From NCBI GenBank assembly GCA_038222815.1, contig JBBRHK010000001.1:1-43012 (forward strand): a stretch of DNA of 43,012 nt, in the 5' to 3' direction. The notes beneath the pieces are model-generated. The model saw nothing but the letters and a program-made list of their open reading frames with translations. It was not told where the DNA came from and searched no databases. This document shows positions 1-9,666 of the stretch, in pieces; position 1 is the first letter of the stretch; every line of letters starts with the position of its first letter. A program made the position numbers and the translations under genes. The DNA comes from Chitinophagales bacterium (GTDB lineage: Bacteria > Bacteroidota > Bacteroidia > Chitinophagales > Chitinophagaceae).

Positions 1-1
1 G

Positions 2-739
2 ATTAAGATGCCCATTAAAAATCTACCAAATAACCTTGTAGGAAAAACGTTAATGCAAATTAGCGATTTACACGTGGGCAATAGGGCTAGTCACCAGCAT
101 TTAATTAATTCCCTAATAAAGGCAAAAACATATAAACCAGATTTTGTAGTCTACACAGGCGACTATGTCACACTAGATAAAGGAAAAATTGTAGAGGATA
201 AATTAACTGAGGTATTCAGCTATTTTGTAAAAGGAACAATAGCTACAGTAGGCATCCTCGGCAATCACGATTATGGTGTAAACTGGATGGATGGAAAGAT
301 GGCAGACGACATCTCCGAGAAATTAGAAACCCTAGGTGTTACAATTTTGAGGAATGAACAAAAAGAAATAGGCGGCATTAATTTTATAGGAATAGATGAT
401 TTTTGGGGAACCAATTTTAACCCTTCCCTTGTGATGCCTTTAGTAAATAAAGCCAAAGCTAATTTAGTACTCTCACACAATCCAGATACTTGCGACCTTA
501 ATATTTGGAACAATTATGAAGGTTGGATTTTAAGTGGTCATACCCACGGTGGTCAATGTAAACCGCCGTTTTTACCAGCTCCCATTTTGCCAGTACAAAA
601 CAATAAATATACCGCCGGTATTTTTGATATAGGCGAGGGCCGCACACTTTATATCAACAGAGCACTAGGTTGTTCTTGGCAAATTCGTTTCAATGTGCGT
701 CCAGAAATTACTGTATTTACTTTAGAAAAGGCTATGTAG
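2..739 (+). CDS. Metallophosphoesterase (calcineurin-like, YkuE/YaeI type), 5'-truncated by the window edge
   Basis: Motifs SDLH, TGD, GNHD, SH, GHTHGGQ. The frame is open back to the window start (att aag atg...). Confidence 0.9.
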   Translation: MKMPIKNLPNNLVGKTLMQISDLHVGNRASHQHLINSLIKAKTYKPDFVVYTGDYVTLDKGKIVEDKLTEVFSYFVKGTIATVGILGNHDYGVNWMDGKMADDISEKLETLGVTILRNEQKEIGGINFIGIDDFWGTNFNPSLVMPLVNKAKANLVLSHNPDTCDLNIWNNYEGWILSGHTHGGQCKPPFLPAPILPVQNNKYTAGIFDIGEGRTLYINRALGCSWQIRFNVRPEITVFTLEKAM

Positions 740-761
740 TAATTTCCTCTAACTTTAATAA

Positions 762-1226
762 ATGAATACAAATAAAATAAGCCAACAGATTAGCGAAATG
801 GAAGCTTTAATACCCAAGATTGCTTTTGTAAACGAAAAAGTTTCAGCAGCTAGTATTGGTTGGCATTTGGAGCATACGCTTATGGTATTAGAGCGTAGCT
901 TAACTGCATTACCTTCCTCTGTAATTGCAGACTTTAAACCAAAATCGTCATTCAGGAAAACAATCATACTATTTACAAAAAAAATTCCAAGAGGCGTTGC
1001 GAAAGCTCCTAAAGGAGTTCGCCCAATACCAGAAGAGATTAGCAATGAAAATTTGAATAGTCGTATCTCTTCTGTAAAAAAATTACTAGAGGCTATCCCA
1101 TCATTACCTTCTCAGCACTTTTTTCCTCATCCCTTTTTTGGAGATCTAAAGCTAAAGCAAGCTATTAGATTTCTTGAAATACACACAAATCATCATTTAA
1201 AAATAATGAGGGAAATGAGTTCCTAG
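762..1226 (+). CDS. DinB/YfiT-like family protein
   Basis: WHLEH near the N-terminus, HPFFG, and HTNHH near the C-terminus, matching the DinB-like His pattern. Confidence 0.75.
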   Translation: MNTNKISQQISEMEALIPKIAFVNEKVSAASIGWHLEHTLMVLERSLTALPSSVIADFKPKSSFRKTIILFTKKIPRGVAKAPKGVRPIPEEISNENLNSRISSVKKLLEAIPSLPSQHFFPHPFFGDLKLKQAIRFLEIHTNHHLKIMREMSS

Positions 1227-1256
1227 ATATTATTCTAAATGTTTTAGAATTTTGTT

Positions 1257-1817
1257 TTACTGCTTCCAACCTAAATCTAGATCGATTAATCCGTGAATGA
1301 TATTATTGATCTCATTCTGTGGATAGCGTGGGTAATAGGCTTCTTCATATACGCTGCTTACTAGGCTACAATTATTAAATTGCATTGGCAATGTTGTAAA
1401 TGGAAGTGTATGATAATAGTAGCTTGTCACATTCACAGTAATACAATATTTTTTATCTGCTTGTAATAAAAATGGCTGAGCCAATACGAAATGATTATAG
1501 CCTAATGTATCTCCAATTGTGAATTGCATTGTGGTGATTAGAGCCTTAGTGTCTGCATCCCAAATACTAACAGGCACCATTCCTCTTGTAGGATTTTTCA
1601 ACCACATACCTGTTATTCTACCTTCTTTGTGTGGGATAAATGCAAAGCCTAGTTCCCAGCCCGGCTCTCTACCCTGTGCGGTCCTAGTAATGGTTTGAAA
1701 AGATCGAAATTGTTTAGAAAAAACCCTTTCCTCTCCAGAATAGGAAACACCATTCGCCAGAAAGTTTCCGCAGCCGGCAGTAATAAAAATCATTATGGTT
1801 ATAACAATAAGTTTCAT
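1257..1817 (-). CDS. Lipoprotein with DUF4082-like beta-sandwich domain
   Basis: Lipobox ITAG-C after a hydrophobic stretch. ELGFAF...GRITGMW...VSIWD resembles DUF4082. Confidence 0.6.
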   Translation of the reverse strand: MKLIVITIMIFITAGCGNFLANGVSYSGEERVFSKQFRSFQTITRTAQGREPGWELGFAFIPHKEGRITGMWLKNPTRGMVPVSIWDADTKALITTMQFTIGDTLGYNHFVLAQPFLLQADKKYCITVNVTSYYYHTLPFTTLPMQFNNCSLVSSVYEEAYYPRYPQNEINNIIHGLIDLDLGWKQ

Positions 1818-1818
1818 C

Positions 1819-2538
1819 CTATTTCTTTTCTTTAAAACTCCTAGCGTCTAATTTAATATCTACTTTTTCTATTTTGGTAATTTCAATTTTAAGTTGTGTA
1901 TCTTCTGTACCTGCGCATAAGAATGTCTCATTATCTATTTGATAAAATCCTACTCCAAAACTTCCTAAGTACCTTTTGAATTTTCCTTTCCCCGGCAGTT
2001 TTTTACCATACAAGAAGCGAATTAATTTTTTCTGCATCCCCGAGGTATTTACAAAGTATGGAGAGCCTGTTACTTGATTACTAAGAAATTTTCGAGCTGT
2101 AGCTACGCTAGTTTCTACTGGCTGTATTGGCAAGTCATTATAATTCATTATCAAATTCGATGGCATTTTCTCTACCTGCTTTCCTTCCTTCTTATTGTTA
2201 GAATATACAAAGCTTTGCTTAGATAAGCTTTCTACATAAAATTTAAAATCCTCACCATTTGCGTTAGGTGTACTGCTTACTACTGCTGACTTATCAATGC
2301 CGATATAACCATCTTTAGAATTTATAAAGACAACAACAGGATCCGTTTTAAATACTATTTTTTTATTAGTGGTTTTCACCGTAAGCTTTAAGTCAAAAGA
2401 TAAGTTAGAAGCAGGCTCAATGGTTTTTGCTTGTAGCTTGCTAAAGATTCCTGCTGTTCCCAACAGGCTATCAATTTTATTTTGTGCATAGGAAAAATTT
2501 GAAGCAAATATTAGACCTGCTAGAAAATATTTTTTCAT
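1819..2538 (-). CDS. Exported hypothetical protein
   Basis: Start moved to ATG 2538 (MKKYFLAGLIFASNFSYAQ), a Sec signal peptide ending in A-Q. Its stop is 1 nt from the next gene. Confidence 0.75.
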   Translation of the reverse strand: MKKYFLAGLIFASNFSYAQNKIDSLLGTAGIFSKLQAKTIEPASNLSFDLKLTVKTTNKKIVFKTDPVVVFINSKDGYIGIDKSAVVSSTPNANGEDFKFYVESLSKQSFVYSNNKKEGKQVEKMPSNLIMNYNDLPIQPVETSVATARKFLSNQVTGSPYFVNTSGMQKKLIRFLYGKKLPGKGKFKRYLGSFGVGFYQIDNETFLCAGTEDTQLKIEITKIEKVDIKLDARSFKEKK

Positions 2539-2634
2539 TTCTTTATTTTTATTTTTTTCTTCGTTAGATCGACTACGCCACAACGATCATCTCTATTTTT
2601 TTAAAATAACTAGTAGATATTTCGTCGATGCTTT

Positions 2635-4011
2635 TTATTTTGCTGAAACAATAATTTCTACTCTTCTATTTTTCTTTCTATTCTCTTCATTATTATTAGG
2701 CACAACCGGATTTGATTTCCCCTTGCCAAGTGCTATAAATCGGAACCCAGATTTTGATTTTAATTGTTCTTTTAAAATAGTAGCTACAGCTTCGGCTCTT
2801 TGTTGGGAAAGTTTTTGGTTGGTCTCATCACTACCTATATCATCTGTAAAACCATCAATATTTATCTGCGCAGCAGACATCTCACTTAGCTGCACGGCGA
2901 GATTTTTTACCGCCGATATACCTTCGGCTTTCAATGTGGCCTTACCAAGATCAAAAAGCACTTCTGCTGCTAGGCTCAATTTCATAGCAGCGCCTATAGC
3001 AGCTACTGCATCTATATCGGCACCTGCCACTGTAGATTGGGTATTCAAATCTGTAAGTCGAACGTAGTAGAAATAATCTCCCGGTTTCGCCACTTTACTT
3101 ATGTCCACAGCAGCCGTACCGCCGCTAATCTTACCTACATTAATCCAATCAATTCCATTTTTAGAAATATCAAGATTGGTAGGTTCTATTTCTCCCGCTT
3201 CAAAAACATAAAGATCGGGACCATTTACATCAACTAATGCATTGTTTACAAATTTTATAGTTAGCGTTCCATTTGTACCGAGGCTATAAATGCCTTTGTT
3301 ATCTTGTAATTTTTTCATCAAAACATAATCTGGAGTGCCTATACAATTTTCTTTAGGAAATTGAATATTGCCCGCTTTGTAGTTTGCTTCTACCACTTCA
3401 TCTATAAAACTGGCATCACCGAGAGGTAAGTACACCAAGCCATTTTCTGAGATATAGGTTTTGCCAACCGCAGCACCAAAGTTGATAGAAGGATTAGCTT
3501 TATTAAAGTCTGCTTTTAATTTATCTGCTTCTTTGATAATAAGCTCTGCTTTGTTCTGTGTACTTTGATAACTCACACAAAACCCAACAAGAGCCATAGA
3601 CTTGATTTTTGAAAATTGTTGAATATCTGCTCGCACATCTATGCCTTTCATTTTTACCACAAATGCTTGCGCATCTTCGCTAGTTCTAAATGCTTCTGGC
3701 ACTTCAGGATAGTTTTTTACTTTCTCCTTTTCGGCAGCCGTAAGAAAATTATAGGCATTGTCTATTGTTGTTTTGCTCGTACTATATTTTGAACTAGTAT
3801 ATCGAGTAGCTGGCGTACTAGTTGTTTTTGTAGATTTATTTGCTTGTCTCTCCTGTTTAATACTATCTGCCATAGCGGTTATTCGCTTAAGGTATTCTTC
3901 AGCAGCTTCGTTTTTACCAGCAGACTTCGTGTCTTTCTGTGCCCATACTTGTTGATTGCTTAGGATTAGCAATAGACATAGAATAGGTTTAATAAAATAA
4001 TTGTTATTCAT
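2635..4011 (-). CDS. OmpA-family peptidoglycan-binding protein with N-terminal helical region and central beta-sandwich domain
   Basis: Signal peptide; C-terminal OmpA_C motifs VLFD...GFTDDIG...NQKLSQQRAEAV...NRRVEI; central DLYVFE...YVRLTD...GADIDAV domain. Confidence 0.9.
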   Translation of the reverse strand: MNNNYFIKPILCLLLILSNQQVWAQKDTKSAGKNEAAEEYLKRITAMADSIKQERQANKSTKTTSTPATRYTSSKYSTSKTTIDNAYNFLTAAEKEKVKNYPEVPEAFRTSEDAQAFVVKMKGIDVRADIQQFSKIKSMALVGFCVSYQSTQNKAELIIKEADKLKADFNKANPSINFGAAVGKTYISENGLVYLPLGDASFIDEVVEANYKAGNIQFPKENCIGTPDYVLMKKLQDNKGIYSLGTNGTLTIKFVNNALVDVNGPDLYVFEAGEIEPTNLDISKNGIDWINVGKISGGTAAVDISKVAKPGDYFYYVRLTDLNTQSTVAGADIDAVAAIGAAMKLSLAAEVLFDLGKATLKAEGISAVKNLAVQLSEMSAAQINIDGFTDDIGSDETNQKLSQQRAEAVATILKEQLKSKSGFRFIALGKGKSNPVVPNNNEENRKKNRRVEIIVSAK

Positions 4012-4013
4012 CG

Positions 4014-4709
4014 TTAATCGTTTCTTTTATACCGAGCCTTCATCATATCAAAATATAAAAATCCATACCGCTGGTACCAACCAGGCTGGGCGTAGGTGGT
4101 TTCACATTGGTTAAACTCCATCAAGCCATCCTTTAGCAGCTTAATAAATTCCAGATACTTTCTGTCATAGGTTTCTTTCAATGCAGAAAAAGACTTGTTT
4201 ATTTTTGCTCTCTCTACTTGCCATGCTGCGCCACTCATTGCATGAAAGCCGCTATAGCTATCACCAAATGCAATAGCACTTGTAGTAAAGTTTTTTGTAT
4301 TTGCATATATACATTTTATACGCTCAAGGGCCATTCGGGCGCCATTCATTTTTTCTACCGCTTTGGTATAATCCTCTTCGCACTCCCCATTGCCACTGCA
4401 GGCCGCTGTCATAAGAACATCATTGCTCATACTAAATTCTGGTGCGCAGTCATCTTCGCTTAATGCATTGGAGTTGTTATATAAATCCACAGCATTATCT
4501 GCTAGCCCTCCTAAGTCTTCAAAGTGCTCATCAATAATAGCATTGAGTGCCCCACGAACAGTTGTTGGATCATCTTCTTCTCTAATAGCGCCCCATTCTG
4601 CAGCAGCAGCTTGTGCTACACCTTCTGCCCTTTCTTGTAATGTGGGGTATGTCTGCGCTTTGCTTCCTAAGCTAGCGAGAACAAAAGCTAATACAATGAG
4701 TTTTTTCAT
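4014..4709 (-). CDS. Exported alpha-helical Cys-containing hypothetical protein
   Basis: Signal peptide MKKLIVLAFVLASLGSKAQ; five Cys; tightly coupled to neighbours (1-2 nt gaps). Confidence 0.8.
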   Translation of the reverse strand: MKKLIVLAFVLASLGSKAQTYPTLQERAEGVAQAAAAEWGAIREEDDPTTVRGALNAIIDEHFEDLGGLADNAVDLYNNSNALSEDDCAPEFSMSNDVLMTAACSGNGECEEDYTKAVEKMNGARMALERIKCIYANTKNFTTSAIAFGDSYSGFHAMSGAAWQVERAKINKSFSALKETYDRKYLEFIKLLKDGLMEFNQCETTYAQPGWYQRYGFLYFDMMKARYKRND

Positions 4710-4710
4710 T

Positions 4711-5223
4711 TTAAGATTTTTTAGTTTTTGATTTATCTACCTTTTTTACCTCTTGTTTTTTAAATGGTACTCCAATGTCTTTTCCTCGCAATGGCTTGCC
4801 CACCCAAGTAAATAATTGGTACGGCTCTCTTGATGTGGTGACTACTAAAATACCAAAGCTACCTTCCGTTTTAAATCGAGTACTCCACTTTCCAGCTGAC
4901 TTTAAGTTACCGGTTTGGTCTGCCGTTTTCCACGTGTTTTTGCACAAAATAATTTGAATATTATTTTTCTTACCAGTAGCACTTAGGAAAATCGGTTGGT
5001 ACACACTCAGGCCACTTACAAAAAAATAAGTGCTGTCTTTTTTTGGAGTAACGGTAGTAAAGTTTACCTGTCCTTTCCAAGTAGAATCACCCTTCTCGCC
5101 GTTATATGATATCAGTCGGAGTTGAATAGGTTTTATCTTCTTGTCTAATGTATAAGGTTGCGCTATAGCAATTCCTATAAAATGTACTAGCATAGCTAGC
5201 GTGAGTGTGAATTTTATTTTCAT
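4711..5223 (-). CDS. Exported beta-rich hypothetical protein, first gene of a five-gene operon
   Basis: Signal peptide ending AIA-Q; Lys-rich tail; promoter-like element upstream. Confidence 0.8.
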   Translation of the reverse strand: MKIKFTLTLAMLVHFIGIAIAQPYTLDKKIKPIQLRLISYNGEKGDSTWKGQVNFTTVTPKKDSTYFFVSGLSVYQPIFLSATGKKNNIQIILCKNTWKTADQTGNLKSAGKWSTRFKTEGSFGILVVTTSREPYQLFTWVGKPLRGKDIGVPFKKQEVKKVDKSKTKKS

Positions 5224-5329
5224 CTATTTTTTTTAAGTTTTATTGTACTATTATTTTTTAAGTATTAGCTTCTCAATATCAATCTTCATTTCATCGTTGA
5301 TTCATTTATCTCTTCCCGCTTCTGACATA

Positions 5330-5376
5330 CAAATTTCCTTGATTGTCAAAAAGTGTACAATCCCCAAAATGGGTGA
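5330..5376 (-). promoter_or_regulatory. Degenerate -7 element (GAAATTTG) plus putative NarL-family operator
   Basis: Plus strand caaatttc at 5330-5337 and aatccccaaaatgggtga at 5359-5376. Spacing is the same as at 8917 and 9667. Confidence 0.6.
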
Positions 5377-5418
5377 ATAATAGCATCAATCAAGAATCTA
5401 GGACGACTAGGTGCTTTG

Positions 5419-6990
5419 CTAATCAGTAGTTACAAAATTTCCCTGTGCTATAAGTGTTGCTTTTGCTGTGGCACCTGCACCCGTAGGCGGTGCTGGTGGT
5501 GTATTGCCATTTAAGAAAATTGTTTTTCCTGAACCCGGAGTGATACTAAATAGTTTAACAAGTAAGTTATTTACCATTGTGGTATTAAGTTGGCAATTAT
5601 TAACCACAAAGTTATTGCCATAGCTAGTGAGCGCAGGAATTGAAATAGAAGACAAAGATGTGTTACTAACACTTGAGAAACCCGTTGCTGTGGTAAGTGC
5701 AGGAAATGAAATACTATTTAAATCGATGCAACTTCCAATAGTTATGGTAGTAGCTGTTTGTAGCATTGGGTACACAAGCGTTGTTATCTTGGTGGCATTT
5801 ACAATAATCCGAGTGGCTGTTGTAAGTAATGGTAGAGACAAGCCTGTCAATAAACTATTGGTCTGAACTCTAATTTCTTTGGCATTGATTAGGCCAGCTA
5901 GGCTAATGCTGATTAATGCGCTATTGCTTGTGATATCTAGGTTACTATTTGCACTTGAGAGGCTTCCAAAGGTTAAGTTTGATAAGCTATTGCAATTACT
6001 AACTGTAAGACCAAAATCCCCTATGGTTGTTAGAGCGCTGGCATTTATGGTAGTCAACAGAGGTAAATTTGACATAGTGATACTCGCAGCTGTAGTTAGT
6101 AAAGGAAGATTAATGCTTGATAATACAGCGTTTCCGTTAATATTTAAACTGCCGCCAGCAGTAAGTAATGGAAAACTTAAGCTATTGAGCGAATTGTTTC
6201 CCGTAAGTGTAAGCCCACCAGAGGAGGTAAGGGAAGGAAAATTAATGCTTGAAACTCCGTTACTGTTGATAGTTAGACTGCCAATATTGCTCAAGGCTGG
6301 AAAACTCATTGTGGTTAATGCTGGGTTTGTACTAATTATGTTCCCAGAGTTAGAAGAAAAATTTGTGAGACTAGATAGATTTACTGTACTTAATAGATTG
6401 TTATTGGTAAGCGTTAGATATCCAAAGCTTGTTACCGATTGAAGATTAACACTTCCTAGTTGCGGATTTTGTGATATTAAAATTCCATCTTGTGTGCTAG
6501 TTAATGTATTTGCAACGATACTTGTTAAAGCGCTATTATTTTCAACTTTTAACTCAATGATTTCTTCAAGCCCAGAAAGATTTACCGATGTTAGCGCAGT
6601 TGTATTTTTAATAGAAATATATTGAGTATTGGTCCCCACTTCTTTTGCAAGCTGCTGCTCAGCTTGCGCATTAGTAATACCATCTTTTAGAAAAATAAAC
6701 GTTTTTCCCTGAGGCTTGGTAGCAGGTTGTAACCACGCCCAGCCGCCGTTATTAAAATAATATAATCCAGAACTATCTACACCGATTTGGAAGACTACTA
6801 ACCCATCTGCTGGAGCTACAATTGCATTTCGCTCTATCTTACTCATCCGCGGTGGTAAAAAACCTTTGTTAGATGCAGAGACATCTAGCATAGCACTTGG
6901 GTTGGGTGATGTGGTACCAATCCCAATACTTTGTGCCCTCAACCCGTACACGAAACTTGTAAATAGTAATGCCAATAGTATAACTCTCAT
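5419..6990 (-). CDS. Exported leucine-rich beta-solenoid (receptor L-domain-like) protein with Bacteroidota GIGTxxP...LDV...KG.L.PR N-terminal module
   Basis: Start moved to ATG 6990 (MRVILLALLF...AQ). About 22-aa repeats of the form LxSIxLPxLTxxxxLxIxxNxx. Confidence 0.8.
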   Translation of the reverse strand: MRVILLALLFTSFVYGLRAQSIGIGTTSPNPSAMLDVSASNKGFLPPRMSKIERNAIVAPADGLVVFQIGVDSSGLYYFNNGGWAWLQPATKPQGKTFIFLKDGITNAQAEQQLAKEVGTNTQYISIKNTTALTSVNLSGLEEIIELKVENNSALTSIVANTLTSTQDGILISQNPQLGSVNLQSVTSFGYLTLTNNNLLSTVNLSSLTNFSSNSGNIISTNPALTTMSFPALSNIGSLTINSNGVSSINFPSLTSSGGLTLTGNNSLNSLSFPLLTAGGSLNINGNAVLSSINLPLLTTAASITMSNLPLLTTINASALTTIGDFGLTVSNCNSLSNLTFGSLSSANSNLDITSNSALISISLAGLINAKEIRVQTNSLLTGLSLPLLTTATRIIVNATKITTLVYPMLQTATTITIGSCIDLNSISFPALTTATGFSSVSNTSLSSISIPALTSYGNNFVVNNCQLNTTMVNNLLVKLFSITPGSGKTIFLNGNTPPAPPTGAGATAKATLIAQGNFVTTD

Positions 6991-7006
6991 AGTCTTTCTT
7001 CTTTTA

Positions 7007-8236
7007 CTAATCATTAAAATAAACCCAGATCGGATTGAATTTGATTTTGTCTATTCGAGTATCATCATTACAATCATCATCGGTACTTACATCGTCACCC
7101 ATTGTATCACCTACGAGTTCATAATAATCTATAATTTCGGAAGTGTATTTGCTGTCCGCATAAAAAGAATTTCTATTCATACTAGATTCAAAGTAACTGT
7201 AAGCCGCTTTAAGGCTTACGAAATCTCGAATTGATTTCCCTGCTGGAGCTTGATACACTTTTTGATTCCAAATACCATCGGCTTTAGTGCCATCCCCTCC
7301 CTGTTCTTCTGCTACCATTGTTACTTTAGCCCACACTTCAGTATTATTATTAACTAGCGATAGCTCAACTGAAACTGTAATACCCATCTTATGATTGAGC
7401 TCTGTAACTCTATTAAAAATATCACGTTGTGTACCAGTAGCGAATTCCCTATCGCCTCTTATCAAGTTCTTAGGGCACACTCTTCTAAAATCACTTAAAA
7501 TTATTTTCTTTCCGCTTGTTGCAGGTTCAATATTAAGAGCATAATCTTTAGGTAGTAGGTTGTATCTTGGTGTAAGCCCCACATTTGGTAAGTCAGAATA
7601 ACTAGATCTGTCTGCCATATAACTTGTACCACCATCTGCATTACTCCACCTTGCAAATACTCCGAAAACAGAGTTTCTTCCTACAAATAATTTAGCACCC
7701 CCTATTGGTGATTCTTCTACAGATTGTATTCGCCAATGTTGATTCGCATCAGTACCGTTTCCCAAAAGTGGCGCTAATACCAGTTCTTCTGTTCCTGCTC
7801 TCTGAAAAATTTTTGATGTTTTAGTGAGATACTTACCAGACTTTTTGTTTTTTATAGTGAAATAAACTTCCCTAGGATCCAACCCTTTGGTAAAATCTAA
7901 ATTGCCACTACCTCCTTGAATTCGGCTTGTAGGTGTACTAAGTTCTACTATCCATACTTGTTTAGTGTCTGCAACATTAAAATTATCAAAAGTTAGAGAA
8001 TCAGATTTTTGATTTTGTAATACCGTACTAGCTTGGATTATTGACTTGGCATTATCAAATTTTGAAAGGCCATTTGTAGCCTTTTTTCCAGTAGGTTTTG
8101 TTTCATCTGGTGAAAAAAAACTTAGAGCCTTTCCATTTTTCAATTTAAAATAGTACTCGTGGTAGGTTGTGAGGAACTGAGCGTTTGCACTTAGCGTAGC
8201 TAGAGAAAGCGCCAACAACCATATTTTCTTTATCAT
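7007..8236 (-). CDS. Exported protein with ricin-B/beta-trefoil-like region and an uncharacterised C-terminal domain
   Basis: Signal peptide; QVW and YFTIKNKKSGKYL...NQHW (QxW) motifs; C-terminal CP...RGDREF domain. Confidence 0.65.
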   Translation of the reverse strand: MIKKIWLLALSLATLSANAQFLTTYHEYYFKLKNGKALSFFSPDETKPTGKKATNGLSKFDNAKSIIQASTVLQNQKSDSLTFDNFNVADTKQVWIVELSTPTSRIQGGSGNLDFTKGLDPREVYFTIKNKKSGKYLTKTSKIFQRAGTEELVLAPLLGNGTDANQHWRIQSVEESPIGGAKLFVGRNSVFGVFARWSNADGGTSYMADRSSYSDLPNVGLTPRYNLLPKDYALNIEPATSGKKIILSDFRRVCPKNLIRGDREFATGTQRDIFNRVTELNHKMGITVSVELSLVNNNTEVWAKVTMVAEEQGGDGTKADGIWNQKVYQAPAGKSIRDFVSLKAAYSYFESSMNRNSFYADSKYTSEIIDYYELVGDTMGDDVSTDDDCNDDTRIDKIKFNPIWVYFND

Positions 8237-8292
8237 AAAATATATATTTATTGTAACACATTAATATTTCATCAGCTTAAGTCTTTTATACT

Positions 8293-8895
8293 TTATAGTT
8301 TTTCTACTTTCACATTATCAATATAAAATTCTGCACCATCTGCTGCTGGATGCGTAGAGCTCCATTTCGAATAAATTGTGAGATTATCAATTGGTTTATC
8401 GTATGTAAAACTTAAGTATTCCCATTTGCAAGTAGTAGTAGAGGCGACTAATTTTTGTAGCGAATTGTCGCCACTATTTATAACTCCCAGTGTCATTGCG
8501 CCACGCACTACATACACCCAGCAGCTTACTTTTACCCCGTTATTTTTAGGCAATGGATTCTGAGCAATACCAGAGTGGCCTATTGTACTTATAATGTGCA
8601 TTACATTTCCCTCTACGCCACTTTTACCAATTGTGGGTATAAGCCAACAATTATTTTTTACATTTACTATCTCAGTAATCATACAGGAGTTATCTGTAGC
8701 GTTATTTATCCAGGTGGCCCAGTTTAGTGCTGGGGTAACATCCGCCCAATCTGAAGTGCCGGTCTTGTGACAATACCCTTTAGGATTACCCACATTTTTT
8801 GCTAGCGTATCAAACGTGCCATTTTTTATTAGATTTTGCGCTAAGCAAAATTGATAAAATAGAGATGCTAAACCTAGAGTGATAATTTTTTTCAT
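8293..8895 (-). CDS. Exported carbohydrate-binding-module-like (CBM4/9-like jelly roll) protein
   Basis: Signal peptide; begins NLIKNGTFD and ends FYIDNVKV, with SCWVYV and KWEYLSFT strands in between. Confidence 0.65.
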   Translation of the reverse strand: MKKIITLGLASLFYQFCLAQNLIKNGTFDTLAKNVGNPKGYCHKTGTSDWADVTPALNWATWINNATDNSCMITEIVNVKNNCWLIPTIGKSGVEGNVMHIISTIGHSGIAQNPLPKNNGVKVSCWVYVVRGAMTLGVINSGDNSLQKLVASTTTCKWEYLSFTYDKPIDNLTIYSKWSSTHPAADGAEFYIDNVKVEKL

Positions 8896-8916
8896 CCTTC
8901 GCTTTCTTAATTATTA

Positions 8917-8963
8917 CAAAGATTAGCTTTCGCAAAACGTCAGGCAATACCATAAATGGGTTA
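8917..8963 (-). promoter_or_regulatory. Degenerate -7 element (AATCTTTG) plus putative NarL-family operator
   Basis: Plus strand caaagatt at 8917-8924 and aataccataaatgggtta at 8946-8963. Confidence 0.6.
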
Positions 8964-9032
8964 AAAATTGTATTGGGAATCTTACTAAATGAAACGAGGT
9001 TGAGCCCAGAAAATAAGCGTGTTAGCTTTTTT

Positions 9033-9662
9033 CTATTTCCCCCCAGAAAATTTATACACCGCGGCCGTTGCATTATTTACCTGCAACTTTCTATATATTT
9101 TTTTTATATGGCTTCTCACTGTTTCTACAGAGATAAAGATTTCTGCAGCTATCATTTTATAACTATAGCCTTTCACGATATACTCCAAGATTTCTCTTTC
9201 TCTACCAGATAAGGAATCTAATTCCTGGCTAGAGGCTCTATTATTTTGTGGCACAAATCTTAAAACTTTTTTTGCAATACTACTAGTCATAGGTGCGCCA
9301 CCATCTAGCACATCTTTTATGGCGGCAGGTATTTGATCAAAGTTTTTCTTTAAAAGGTATCCGTTTGCTCCTGCACATATCGCATTGAAGATATTATCAT
9401 CATCATCAAAAACGGTAAACATAATTACAGGTAAATTTTCATCTACCATTCTTATTTGCTTTACTGCATCTACGCCATTACTGTTAGGCATATCTATGTC
9501 CATCAATACTACTTGTGGCTTTAGAATGGCTATATCATCTTTTACGCCGGCTGCATCTGGCATTGCAGCTATTACATCAAAATCTTTGTTGAATAAAAGA
9601 AGGGCCTGTATACTCTTTCTCAAATTATCATTATCCTCATATATTAAAACGCCTATTGCCAT
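9033..9662 (-). CDS. NarL/LuxR-family DNA-binding response regulator
   Basis: REC domain (YEDN, LMDIDMP, GANGYLLK) plus LuxR HTH (LSGREREIL...YKMIA...TVRSHIKKIYRKL). Confidence 0.97.
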   Translation of the reverse strand: MAIGVLIYEDNDNLRKSIQALLLFNKDFDVIAAMPDAAGVKDDIAILKPQVVLMDIDMPNSNGVDAVKQIRMVDENLPVIMFTVFDDDDNIFNAICAGANGYLLKKNFDQIPAAIKDVLDGGAPMTSSIAKKVLRFVPQNNRASSQELDSLSGREREILEYIVKGYSYKMIAAEIFISVETVRSHIKKIYRKLQVNNATAAVYKFSGGK

Positions 9663-9666
9663 ACCA

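Noticed and set aside
5627-7234. Plus-strand ORFs 5627-5866, 5879-6442 and 6866-7234
   Set aside because: Antisense to well-formed exported-protein genes; their periodicity mirrors the sense-strand repeats.
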